Notes: generated by a model not told the origin, from the sequence alone. 53,590 nucleotides of DNA from Prorocentrum cordatum (GCA_963575745.1 CAUYUJ010000308.1:62001-115590), one strand, 5' to 3'; numbered from the stretch's first letter, positions 39,939 to 50,747 are shown. Numbers and translations: made by a program.

Positions 39939-40550
39939 CCTACTCGCAAACGTCAGACACAAAAAACACATGCCTGCTTTGACTTAATTTGTCGTAGATC
40001 CCCCGCGCGAGTAGTGGAGCGCGCTCGTCTAGTTCCATAAACGATCATCGAAGGGCGAAGAGCGGTATGACCATGATTTCTCGGATGGCCGCGCTGACCT
40101 CTGGAAGTAGTTATGTTTATGCAGTTTGTGTTGTAGATGAGGCGCGCCAGGCGTGATTGAGGGAATGCTCTTCTAGTTTTTGATTGCGGTCACGCCCGGG
40201 TTCCGGGACCATCTGCATAATGCAGCACAAACGCGTTCGGTAGAAATCTTCGGAGTTTTGTATGTCATGGAAGTTCCGTCTTCAGAGCTGAGAATGCGCA
40301 TTAGCGTGCGCGAGAGTCTGGTAGTCGATGAGAAATCGCCGATTTAGCGTCGATCAGCGCCGACTGGCGTCGTTCAGCGTCGATTCGCAAGAGCCAGCAA
40401 GATGGCATGGGATGCTCCCATGAGCTGCCCTACAGAAGACGCGCGCCGTGTTTGGCGTGCCCTCCACGGAGCAGCATGCACACAACACCGCAGCGTCCTT
40501 TTCTCGCTGCGTTTCCTGCTGCCCGAAGGATTCGAGGCGGGAATTTATAC

Positions 40551-40666
40551 ATGACCACCGCCTGGAGGTTCAATTTTCGGAGACCTCGGCAGGCGGTGGA
40601 TATGGATATATTCGGGCCCCCGGGGGCCAAACTATATGCATATCTACCGCCCGCTGGGGCACCAGG
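40551..40666. repeat. Hairpin element GGCGGTGGATATGGATATA...TATATGCATATCTACCGCC (copy 1)
   Basis: ~19-bp imperfect stem; homologous to 41932-42206. Confidence 0.75.
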
Positions 40667-41092
40667 ACTCAGGCGATCGCAAACAAGGACTAAGGGGGCG
40701 TGGATTAGCGACGGGTCCCGTTTCCATGAGAGATCGCGGACTTCCGCCGCCGAGCGAGGCGGCAGAGGCCGCATCTTGGGGAGGGCACCTCTCCCGACCC
40801 GTGGATTTGGCGACCGCGCGCCGGGTCCATGGATCGCCCATCCATGCTGGCGCGCCCCCGAGAGGAGGAGGACCAGGAGGAGGAGGAGGAGGAGGAGGAG
40901 GAGGAGGAGGAGGAGGAGGAGGAGGAGGAGGAGGAGGGGAGGAGGGGAGCAGGAGGAGGAGGAGGAGGAGGAGGAGGAGGAGGAGGAGAGGAGGAGCGAG
41001 GAGGAGGAGGAGGAGGAGGAGGTGGAGGAGGAGGAGGAGGAGGACGTCGGTTCCCGGGCGGTGGATGTGGACGGATCCCCGCCTCGCCGCAG

Positions 41093-41225
41093 GAGGCCCT
41101 GGGCACGGCGGGCAGGCGGGCCGCCCCGCAGCCGGGCACGGCGGGCCGCTCACCCCGGAGGAGGAGCACCGGCAGGCCGTCGCCAAGCGGGAGGCGGAGA
41201 AGGCGTCGGCTGGCTGGGAGCCCAG
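41093..41225 (+). CDS. Candidate exon ...GPLTPEEEHRQAVAKREAEKASAGWEPR
   Basis: cgcAG|G acceptor, G/C-ending codons and a helical-looking peptide; donor and gene context are unresolved. Confidence 0.3.
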
Positions 41226-41644
41226 GGGTGGAGGGCTTCTCCGGAGGGCTTGGGCGACCCGTCCTCCTCGTCCTCCTCGTCCTCCTCGTCCTCCTCGTCC
41301 TCCTCCTCCTCGTCCTCCTCCTCCTTGTCCCTCCTCCTTGTCCCTCCTCCTCCTCCTCCTCCTCCTCCTCCTCCTCCTCCTCCATCTCCTCCCCCTCCCC
41401 CTCCTCCACCTCCCCCTCCTCCTCCTCGGGTCGCCTACGGCCCCGGGGGAAACCGTGCACCCAGGGGTGGATCCAAAAACGGTGTTTTGGCGACTTCGTG
41501 GGGCCGTCTTCGTTTCCATGCCGTTCTGCAGCAGAGCCAGATGGATGGAAGACGACACCGGGGAGAACGAGAACAGGAGGGAGACGAAAGGCACTTCCCT
41601 AAGGGCTTGTCGACTTTTCGCCAATCGACTTGTGAGAATCGAGC

Positions 41645-41740
41645 CAGATAAACCCAGGTAAATGCAGATAAATCGAGGTAAATCCAGGTAAATCTAGATA
41701 AATCAGGGTAAATCCAGGTAAATCCAGAGATCTCCAGGGA
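41645..41740. repeat. 10-bp tandem repeat (GGTAAATCCA)n
   Basis: About eight degenerate rrtaaatcca units. Confidence 0.85.
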
Positions 41741-41931
41741 AAGTTCGAGCACTTCGCGGCCGCTCCAGCGCGAGTCGAAGGACGGCAGAAGTCGTTAAGC
41801 CTTTAACGAGCACTGCTCAGGTTCATCCCCGTGGGAGCCTCAGGGCAGGGGGCAGACGCAGGGAGCCCGTCGGCGGCCAAGCGAGGGGGGGAAAATACGC
41901 TCGCAGAGAGCCCCGAGGCGGGAACTCCTAC

Positions 41932-42206
41932 GTGACCACCGCCCAGAGGGTCAGTGTTCGGAGCCTCGGCAGGCGGTGGACATGGACATATATGCGGCCC
42001 CCCCGGGGGCAATACATATATATATATATATATGTATACATGTGTGTATATATATATATATTTATATTTATATTTATATATATGTATATGTATATGTATA
42101 TATATATATTTATATATATGTATATCTATGTATATATATGTATACATGTGTATATATACATATATATATATACATATCCACACCCACCGCCCGCTGGGGC
42201 ACCAGG
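41932..42206. repeat. Hairpin element copy 2 with an expanded (TA/TG)n microsatellite (42013-42177)
   Basis: Flanks match 40551-40666 (tgaccaccgcc..ttcggag..cctcggcaggcggtgga..; accgcccgctggggcaccagg). Confidence 0.85.
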
Positions 42207-42221
42207 GCGTCGGTTCCCGGG

Positions 42222-42243
42222 TCCGTAGCCATTTTGGTTCAAG
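42222..42243 (+). other. Relict dinoflagellate spliced leader (DinoSL) in genomic DNA
   Basis: TCCGTAGCCATTTTGGTTCAAG vs the consensus DCCGTAGCCATTTTGGCTCAAG is 21/22; it ends 63 nt upstream of the PPR ATG. Confidence 0.93.
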
Positions 42244-42306
42244 GCTCAGCAGTTGAGATTCTCGGGAGGCGTGACGTGCACCAACACCTGATGCGGAGAT
42301 CCGTTG

Positions 42307-43810
42307 ATGCAGAAAAGCTTGAAGGGGTCTCGGCAGGGTGCCTCCGTCAAAGGTGCGATCGACAAGTGTGGGGCCGCAAAGCAATGGATTGCAGCGCTGC
42401 GACTGCTGCGCGAGGCGTCCCAACCACATGCGGATTGCAGCCTCAGTCTGTATTGTGTGACCGTAGGCATATGCGGAAAAAGCAAACAGTGGCGACATGC
42501 GCTGTCGCTTTTCAGGGAGCTGGCTGGCATGATGCTGGAGCCAGACGTCATCTGCTACAGCAGCGGTATCAGCGCGTGCGGAAATGCCAATCAGTGGCAG
42601 CAGGCGCTGTGGCTGCTCAGGGAGATGTGGTCGCTGGATCTAATGCCAGACCACATTAGCTACACCGCTGGGATCAGCGCGTGCAGCACAGGTGTAGAGT
42701 GGCAGCGGGCACTGTTCTTGATCAGCGAGATGCGGGAGGTGAGATTGGAGCCGAACGGCTTTAGTTACAGCTGCGGGATTAGCGCCTGCGGGAAATGCGG
42801 GCAGTGGCAGCCTGCGCTGTCGTTGCTCAGGGAAGCGTGGGAGGCGAGGTTGGAGCCAAATGTGATCAGCTGCAATGCTGCGATCAGCGCGTGCGAGAAA
42901 GGCAGGCAGTGGGAGCAGGCGCTGTCGCTGCTTGGCGAGATGCGGGAGGGGGCACTGGAACTCAACGTTAGGAGCTACAATGCTGGGATCAGCGCGTGCG
43001 AAACATGTGCGCAGTGGCAGCAAGCATTATCGTTGCTCGGCGAGATACGGGATGTGAAGTTGGATTTGGACGTTTTCAGCTACAGCGGCGGAATCAGCGC
43101 GTGCGGGAAAGGCGGGCAATGGCAGCAGGCGTTGTCGCTGTTCAACGAGATGTGGCAAGCGAAGTTGGAGTTGGATGTCGTTTGCTGCAGTGGGGGCGTC
43201 AGCGCGTGCGAGAAAGGCGGGCAGTGGCAGCAGGCGCTGTCGCTGCTAAGTGGGATGTGGGACGCGACGATGAAACCAGACGCCTTCATCTACGGTGCTG
43301 GGATCAGCGCGTGCGAGAAAGGCGGGCAGTGGGAGCAAGCGATGTCGCTGCTCAGCGAGATGCGAAACGTGAAATTGCAGCTTGACATTGTATGCTCCAG
43401 TGGCGCGATCAGCGCCTGCGAAAAATGCGGGCAGTGGCAGCAGGCACTGTCATTGCTCGGCAAGATGCGGGAGGCGAAGTTGAAGCCAGACGTCACCAGC
43501 TACAGCGCTGCGATCAGCGCATGTGAGAAAGGTGGACCGTGGCAGCACGCGCTGTCGCTGCTTAGCGAGATGCGGGAGGTTGAATTGAGACCAAACGTCA
43601 TCAGTTACACTGGTGTGATCCGCGTGTTCGGAGTAGGCGGGCAGTGGCAGCAGGCGTTGTCGATATTGGGCGACATGTTAGCGGCAACGCTAAAATTTGA
43701 CGTCCTCTGCTGCAATGAAGGAATCAACGCGTGTCAGAAAGGCGGGCAGTGGCAGCAAGCGTTGGCGGTGATCGGGCAGATGCAGGAGGCGAGCGTGGAG
43801 CCAGACATCA
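42307..43810 (+). CDS. P-class pentatricopeptide repeat (PPR) protein, 5' part (repeats 1-14), probable retrogene
   Basis: Tandem 35-aa repeats [34 protein letters not shown], uninterrupted for 1.5 kb; ATG at 42307. Confidence 0.93.
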
Positions 43811-45436
43811 TCTCTTCTACATGGCCGGTGGAAGCGCGTGCGAGAAGCCCAGGGCCTCAAGTGCACAACATCGTCCCTTTCCGGCGCCAACACGGGGCCG
43901 AATCGCTCAGGTCAGTCCCAGAGGCGCTCCAGAGGGGTTCCCAGACCGTCCAAGAGCGCTCCAAGTCGACCTCAGTGGGTCCCGAGACGGCCCACGAGGG
44001 CCCGAAGCCTTCCCGGGGTGGCTCCACGACGATCCATGAGGCCGCAAAGACGCCCCAAGAGGGCCCCGAGCGCACGCCAAAGAGTCACAAATCGTCAAAT
44101 TCCGATAGGAAAACGTATATTTTCAGCATGCCCGCCTTATGTGCTCCTCAGTGGCCCGGGACACGCCAAGAGGCCTCCCAAATCGCTCCAAGAAGACGCC
44201 AGCAGCCCCTAAGAGGGCTCCAAGACGGCCCACAAGAGCCCCAAGACGACGCCAGAGAGCCCTGAAACGGCCTCACAGAACCCCAAGACGGCCCCAAGAG
44301 AACTCCTAGGGGGCCCCGAGTGGCTCCCAAGACGGCCTCAGGCAGCCTCAAGAGAGCTCCAAGACGGTCCAAGGCCTACCGGACGCCCCGTGACGGCCCA
44401 AAACGGCACCAAGACGTCCCAAAACGCTCCCAGAGCAGCCCAAACAAGCTTCTGAATGGCCCGAGAAAGACCCCCACAAGGACCACCAAGCAGGTCCAGA
44501 GACGCCCATTAAAAGAGCGATCGGTGAAGTACAAAGCTCTTCTCACCAAGTCTCCCAAGAGCGGGCCGCAGGCCCTGGTGCGCTTCGAAGATGGCCAACG
44601 AGCGCTCCGAGATGCCCCCGGAGGCCCCCAAGAGGGCCCCAAGGGGGTCCAAGACCGTCCAAGAGAGACTCCAAGGCGCCCAAGATTCCTTCTACACGGC
44701 TTCAGACGCCTCCGGAACGTCCCGACGGGGCTCCGAGAAGGGCCCCGAGAGGGCCCAAACAAGAACAAATCGTCACAATCCCCAGGGAAAACTTGCATTT
44801 TTGTAATTCCCGTGCTTTTCGTCTCCGACGCTTCCACGACGGCCATACAGGCTCCCAAGAGTGTTTAAGATCCCCAGGCCAGCCGCATGAGGGCCCCAAG
44901 ACAGCCCAACACAGCATCCAGACGGGTCCTGAGGCGCTCATGACAGCCCACGAGCCATCCAAGACAGCCTCAAGAGCTGCCCAAGATGCTCCAAGACGGC
45001 GCCAAGACGATCTTAGCCGAAAAGCTCCAAACTCCATGGACTGCCGACAACCTCGAGAGCGTCCAGGAGGCCGAAAGAAGCTCCGAGAAGCTCCCAAACT
45101 ATCCCTAGGAGAAGACAGCGCCCGCCTTCTGGTTTCTACAAGACAAACAACACAGTTTCCGGATCCGGACACGCTTCGTGGCCGCATCCGGACCGCTGCC
45201 CTTCTCCGTGGGTGCGGGCGCCCGCCGTCACGCTTCACCCAGGCAACTGGGAAGACCTCACCACAGCTTTCCGGGCGTACCCCGCCCACGGATCTTCGCC
45301 GTACTTAGAGCGCTGCTCTTCTCCGTGGGTGCGGGCGCGAGAGCGCGAAGGTATGCGCGTATGGCACGGAGCTGCGCTGTGGAGGCGCACCAGGGGGACC
45401 TGAAGGTCGTGGGCGAAGTCCACGGGTTCGCCCTAG
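43811..45436 (+). mobile_element. Non-autonomous Helitron-like insertion (1626 bp)
   Basis: Starts TC, ends CTAG and sits between A(43810) and T(45437). Hairpin CGTGGGC-GAA-GTCCACG (45408-45424) ends 12 nt before the 3' end. Removal restores [13 protein letters not shown]. No RepHel ORF is visible. Confidence 0.85.
43900..45110. repeat. (CCCAAGANGG)-type low-complexity repeat inside the Helitron-like element
   Basis: Reverse complement of the 2060-2965 repeat type. Confidence 0.75.
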
Positions 45437-45744
45437 TCAGCTACAACGCTGGGATCAGCGCGTGCGAGAAAGGCATGCAGTGGCAGCGGGCTCTGGTGTT
45501 GCTGAGCGAGATGCTGGAGGCGAAGCTGGTGCCCGACGTCATCAGCTGCCACACTGCGACCAGGGCTTGCGACAGAAGCGGGCAGGTGCAGCAAGCGATC
45601 TGGCTTCTCACCGCGACGCGGAATGCGAAGCTCGAGTCCCACGTCGCCAGCCTCAGCGATGCCATGGTGATTGCGATGCAGAGGTCAGCGTTGCGCAGTT
45701 CCAGCCGCAATCCCGAGACCCGCGCGCGCGAGAGACGCGGGTAG
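45437..45744 (+). CDS. PPR protein, 3' part (repeats 15-16 and C-terminus)
   Basis: [57 protein letters not shown]...ERRG*; continues exactly from 43810. Confidence 0.88.
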
Positions 45745-46099
45745 CCACGGCAGGCCATGCCGCTGGTCGAGGACGAGCCGACGACGGAGACCACAGCCAC
45801 CCTTGCTGCACGCGATACAGTAGGGGTCTTGAAGAAAGAACCCTTTTCGTTGGGGAGGGGCTCGGTGTTCCTGGGTTGTTCGACAGTTTGCCTTCTGTTT
45901 TCTTGAGGTTTTCCATGGGAAATCGAAGTTCAACTTATGGGAGAAGGGGGCCCCGTTCCTTAGTTAGATTTCCTTGGGTCAACGCCCCGACTGTACTGGG
46001 CAGCGCGCGTGCCGCCGGGGCCCGCTGGCTGCAGACGGCCTGGCCCTGGGCGGCAGAGCTGCGCCCCGGGGGGCGCCTCGGCCGCGGGCGTCCAGGTCT

Positions 46100-46261
46100 C
46101 AGGAGGGAAAGAAACACACAGACACAATTAATCGCCGATTCCCCAGAAAATATGGGAACATATGGGAAGTGGGGGGGAAGACAAACAACCAGAAAATAGG
46201 GGAAAATAGGGGGAAACCTTTGAACTGTGTGTATTTATTTGTGTGTCTCAGGGCCCCTTCA
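46100..46261 (+). mobile_element. 162-bp CAGGAGGG...CCCCTTCA element, 6-bp TSD AGGTCT
   Basis: AGGTCT at 46094-46099 and 46262-46267. Confidence 0.88.
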
Positions 46262-46349
46262 AGGTCTCCTCCGCGGGAGAGCCCCGGACCGTCCTCGGCG
46301 GCCCCGCGCTCTGCCCGAAGCCCCCCCCCCGCACGTGCCCCGCGCTCGG

Positions 46350-46510
46350 CAGGAGGGGAAAAACCACACAGACACAATGAATCGTCGATCCCCCAGAAAA
46401 TATGGGAGAGTATGGGAGTTGGGCGGGAAGACAAAAACCCAGAAAATGTGGGAAAGTATGGGGAATTGTTTTATTGTGGGTATTTATTTGTGTGTCCTGG
46501 GGCCCCTTCA
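46350..46510 (+). mobile_element. 161-bp CAGGAGGG...CCCCTTCA element, 6-bp TSD GCTCGG
   Basis: GCTCGG at 46344-46349 and 46511-46516. Confidence 0.88.
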
Positions 46511-46863
46511 GCTCGGCCACGAGGGCCCGCCCTGCCCGCGGGACGGCGCCGGGCGAGGGCGAGGACGAGGGCGAGGCCGAGGCGCGGGGCGGGCGGGCGC
46601 GCGTCACGCGGGCGTCTTGCCCCTCGGCCCGGGCGAGGCCTCCAGGGGCGCCCTGGGCCCGCTGCTGGTGCCAGCCCCCTCCTCGTCTGCGGCACGCCCT
46701 GCGCTGGACGTGCGGGCCATCTCGCCGCCCGGGGAGCGGGGCCAGCCTCGCGGGCGCGGTGCTGGAGCGTCCTTCAACGAGGAAGAGGACGGCGGCTCCC
46801 GGGCGGTGGACGTGGACAAGCCCCCGCCTCGCGCGATAGGGGCCTGTCAGCCCCGCACCGCCC

Positions 46864-46978
46864 AGGAGGAGGAGGAGGAGGAGGAGGAGGAGGAGGAGGA
46901 GGAGGAGGAGGAGGAGGAGGAGGAGGAGGAGGAGGAGGAGGAGGAGGAGGAGGAGGAGGAGGAGGAGGAGGAGGAGGA
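46864..46978. repeat. Perfect (GAG)n microsatellite
   Basis: Read directly; similar (GAG)n/(CTC)n tracts occur at 37520-38090, 39021-39390, 40862-41425, 50228-50790 and 51495-51790. Confidence 0.95.
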
Positions 46979-48000
46979 CCAGGGCGAAAGGGGGGCAGAT
47001 GGCAAGAGTGTGGAACAGGCACCGGGCGAGGGGTCCAGGTGATCGTTTTTTGTTCCTTGTTCTGCCGATCGGCGAGGGGCCTCGGGCCCCCCCTCCTCCC
47101 CTTCCCTCCCTGGAGTGTGGCTCTTGGCTGTTCTTTGGCGCCTGCTTCGAGCAGGTGGGGTCCCTCCCCCATGGGACGCACTGTCGCAAGCAGTCGCACT
47201 AAGCAGAGGTCCGGAGTCAGACCCCCCCCCCCCCCGCCCAGTGTCGAAACGCCCCGAATGAGAAAACGCTCACCAGCGGGTCCAGGGGTCGAGGCTTCCG
47301 TTTCTCTGTGCAGCGAGAGCTGCCAGGACCCTCGTGGTGACAGTAGGTACGGGCCCGTCGTCGTTTCCTGATTCGTCGCCCTCCGCCTCTGACTCGTCAC
47401 CCCCTCAGCGCCGTCCCCTGGCCGCTTCCTCGGCGCGCTGCCCGGCTCGGTGGCCTGGTGGCTCCCTGGCTCGTCGCCCCGTTCTCTGCCTCGCCCCCTG
47501 GCTTGCTGGTGCGTCCCCTGGTTCCTCGCTGGGGGTCGTCCCCGCTCTCGTCTCTGGGCTCGTCTCGCCCGTCTCCCGGCTGGTCCACTTGTCTGGCAGC
47601 CGTGCCCGTCGTAGCAAGGTCGTCGCCCTCCCCGTGTTCCCCCGCTCCGTCGCCCCTTTCCCTGGGACTCTCCTGGTTCCCGTGGTCTGACCCGACTCGT
47701 CGGCCTGATCGTTGGGTCATTCCTGGTCTCGGTGCCCCGATCACCAGTTCGTTTCTGTGCTCGGCGGCAGGGTCGTTCTGTGTCTGGTCGCCCTGGGCCC
47801 TGGCTCGTTCCTTGGCTTGGCTTCTGGGTCCCTGCCTGCCCGATGTGATGTGGACTACGCTTCGCGAGCCTGCTCCGGGTGTTGCTAGAATTACCCCTGG
47901 CCCAAGGTCCCCCCAGGATTCTCTGGGTGGCCCAGACGGCCTCCAGGCACCCCTCACGAGGTCCAGAGGGCCCCAGGGGCTCAAACATGGAGCGAAAAGC

Positions 48001-48122
48001 TGGGGGCACCTTGGGCCAGGGGCACTTCTAGCCGTGCTTGGGCCAGGGCCTGGGGCACCTTGGGCCTGGGGCACCTTGGGCCAGGGGCACCTTGGGCCAG
48101 GGGCACCGTGGGCCAGGGGCAC
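48001..48122. repeat. ~19-bp tandem repeat (GGGGCACCTTGGGCCA...)n
   Basis: Repeated ggggcaccttgggcc units. Confidence 0.85.
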
Positions 48123-48583
48123 CCGACTGCTCAGGATCTCCCCAGTTCCTTGCTGCCCCCCTCGGCCTTGGGCCCCGACCCTCTACAGGGCTGCCCCTGT
48201 GCCCCCCGGCCGGCGAGAGGCCGCCCTGCGCGCGCAGATCCAGGCGCAGGAGGACCGTTCCTGTCTTGCGCTGCTTCTGGCGCAGCTGCCCCCTTTCTCT
48301 CGCCACCCAGGGCTCGTTTCGATTCTCTCGATTCTTTCGATTCTTTGATGGCTTCCGATTCCGATTCGACTCGACTCGATTCGACTTCGATGGCTTCTGA
48401 TTCCGATTCGATTCGACTTGGGATTCCAGTTTGGGCTCCGATGTCTCGTTGGAGGCACACTGGCCTGCCGATCTCCGCCGACCCGACGTCTCCCGACGTG
48501 GCCCCCGATTCCCGCCGATCCGATTCGCTTCGATCGCCGATTCGACCTCGATTCGATCCTGGACTCTCCTGCCCTCGCCACCC

Positions 48584-48704
48584 TTGAACGAAGGATTGCA
48601 AAAAAAACCGAAGGATTGCAAAAAACGCCCAGGATGGAATGCAAAACAACCCAGGGTTTTTTTGCAATCCTTCGGTTTTTTTGCAATCCTTCGTTTGGGT
48701 TTTT
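48584..48704. mobile_element. ~120-bp hairpin element flanked by the 9-bp direct repeat TCGCCACCC
   Basis: Two cgaaggattgcaaaaaa units opposed by two tttttgcaatccttcg units; TCGCCACCC at 48575-48583 and 48705-48713. Confidence 0.65.
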
Positions 48705-48804
48705 TCGCCACCCACCCGCACGACGCCCAACGCCCGGCTCACGCCACTCTCGCCGCCACCCGCACCCGAGCCTGCACTCGGCCATCGGCCCGCCGCCTAC
48801 CTCC

Positions 48805-48969
48805 CAGGAGGCGAAAAAACACACACACAGACACAATGAATCGTCCACTCCCAGGAAAATATGGGAAACATGGGAAGTGGGGGGGAAGAGAAACACCCCG
48901 AAAATATGGGAAAATATGGGGGATATTTTTATTTGTGTGTATTTACTTGTGTGTCCCAGGGCCCCTTCA
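48805..48969 (+). mobile_element. 165-bp CAGGAGG...CCCCTTCA element, 6-bp TSD ACCTCC
   Basis: ACCTCC at 48799-48804 and 48970-48975. Confidence 0.88.
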
Positions 48970-49031
48970 ACCTCCCCTGCCCGCCCTCTCGAGCCCGCCC
49001 CCCTCCCGCTTCTCACCCTTCCACAGAAGAA

Positions 49032-49202
49032 CTTATGTCGGGCATGCCCCTCCACGGGGAGGAATGCTTATCAGTAGTCAAAGCAAATCATATTGTTTTT
49101 GGTGTCACGGTGCCTTTCTTCTCGGATTTTTGAGATAAAGAGGACGTGCTTCCCCCCCCCAAACACAAACATCCGCCTGTAGGGGGACGTGCCCGACCTG
49201 AA
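49032..49202. mobile_element. Second full copy of the GTCGGGC/GCCCGAC MITE
   Basis: cttatgtcgggcatgcccctcc...ggaggaatgct..agtagtcaaa...cctgtagggggacgtgcccgacctgaa; flanks are degenerate (GAAGAA/GAAAAG). Confidence 0.75.
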
Positions 49203-50301
49203 GAAAAGCGGGGGAAACCCAAAAGGTACCCATGCCGCTGCTCCCCAGACCTCTCCCGGGGCGCGCTCCGACCAGGGTCCCGAGGCGAAGCCGGCGGTGG
49301 CGACGAGGGCCTCCCAGGAGGCCCCACCAGGGGCAAACGAGAGAAGGATAGGGAGGGAGGGAGGGAGGGATGGCGGGAGGGAGGGAGGGAGGGAGGGAGG
49401 GAAGGACAGCGGCATATCCAGTATAACGTTTTCGCCGTCGGGGGCCTCCGTCCCGGGGCGGCTGGAAAGTTGATACCCTTGCGGTGCCGCGTCAAGGCAT
49501 GCGCTTTCCAGCCGCCCTGGGGCAGCGCCCCCGGCGACGGAAAAGTTTATCTGATACCGTTCTTCGCCCGCTCAGTATATGGGTATCTTTTCTTGCTTCC
49601 CCCCTTCCACCCAGCAGCCACAAAACTTTGGCTCTCTGCCCGCCCTCTGCGCCCTCCCACCAGCCCAGCCATCGCACCCTCTCGCGCAGCCGGGCCAGCG
49701 AGTGTATCACCGAGCGCGCTCCGCTGCTCGCAGAGTGCCTACTCGCAAACGTCTGAAACAAAAACATGTGTGCTTCGATTTAATGTTTTGGCTGATCCGT
49801 TCCTGGGGCGCCTGCTTGCTGTGCCACCGCTCGACGTTACGCGCTCGGTTGCAACGCCTGGGAGGTTAAGTTCAGTATCGGCGCTGGTATATCGGTGGTA
49901 GAAAACTACAGCTTAATGGTCACAATGCTGTTTAATTTCGATGTGTTGCAGTCCTGCCTGATCTGGCTCAATCCTGGGCCCCATCCAGCCAACTACAGCT
50001 TACCACACCCACCTCGTTCTTACGAAGACTTGCCAGAAGCTGTCTCCAACCGATGCCCCCCCTGTTCACCGGGCGCGTTCCACTACTCGCAAAGTGCCTA
50101 CTCGCAAACGTCTGAAAAAGGCTTGTAAATCCCCCGCGGCGGATCCAGGACATTGCAAGCGGATCGCGCTTGTCTACCTGTGCTGCAGCGCTGTGGGAGT
50201 GGGGGGCGGAGAGGGAAAGGAGGGGGGAGGAGGAGGAGGAGGAGGAGGAGGAGGAGGAGGAGGAGGAGGAGGAGGAGGAGGAGGAGGAGGAGGAGGAGGA
50301 T

Positions 50302-50464
50302 CAGGAGGGGAGAAAGCACACAGACACAATTAATCGTCGATCCCCCAGAAAATATGGGAACATATGGGAAGTGGGGCGGAAGACAAAAACCCAGAAAATA
50401 TCGGAAAATATGGGGAATCTTTTTATTTGTGTGTATTTATTTGTGTGTCCCCAGGGCCCCTTCA
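50302..50464 (+). mobile_element. CAGGAGGG...CCCCTTCA element inserted in a (GAG)n tract
   Basis: Full-length body; flanks GAGGAT/GTGGAG (degenerate TSD). Confidence 0.82.
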
Positions 50465-50747
50465 GTGGAGGGAGGGAGGAGGATGAGGAGGAGGAGGAGG
50501 ATGAGGCGAGGTTGGAGGACGGGGCGAGGTTGGAGGAGAGCAGGAGGAGGAGGAGGAGGAGGAGGCGGAGGAGGGACTAGGATGAGGAGGAGTGAGGTGG
50601 AGGAGGAGGAAAGAGAAAGAGAAAGAGGATAAAGGAGGAGGAAGAGGAGGCTCAGGAGCAGGAGCAGGAGGTTTAGGAGGAGGAGGAGGAGGGGAGGAGG
50701 AGGAGGAGGAGGGAGGTAGGAGGAGGAGGAGGAGAGGAGGGAGGAGG

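Noticed and set aside
40003..40033. Second Helitron 3' end (GC-rich sequence followed by CTAG|T)
   Set aside because: The GC-rich segment is explained as the inverted end of the host MITE, and no matching A|TC start or restored target was found.
42222..42300. SL RNA gene
   Set aside because: The leader is not followed by a GT donor and SL intron, is single-copy here, and runs into a protein-coding ORF, which fits a retro-integrated mRNA better.
43811..44265. C-terminal ~150 aa of the 653-aa PPR ORF as a real domain
   Set aside because: It is read-through into the Helitron-like insert; the PPR register resumes at 45437.
47290..47960. Retroelement or coding ORF in an A-poor, strand-skewed segment
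   Set aside because: No RT, integrase or transposase motifs were recognised here or elsewhere in the window; the composition suggests low-complexity DNA.
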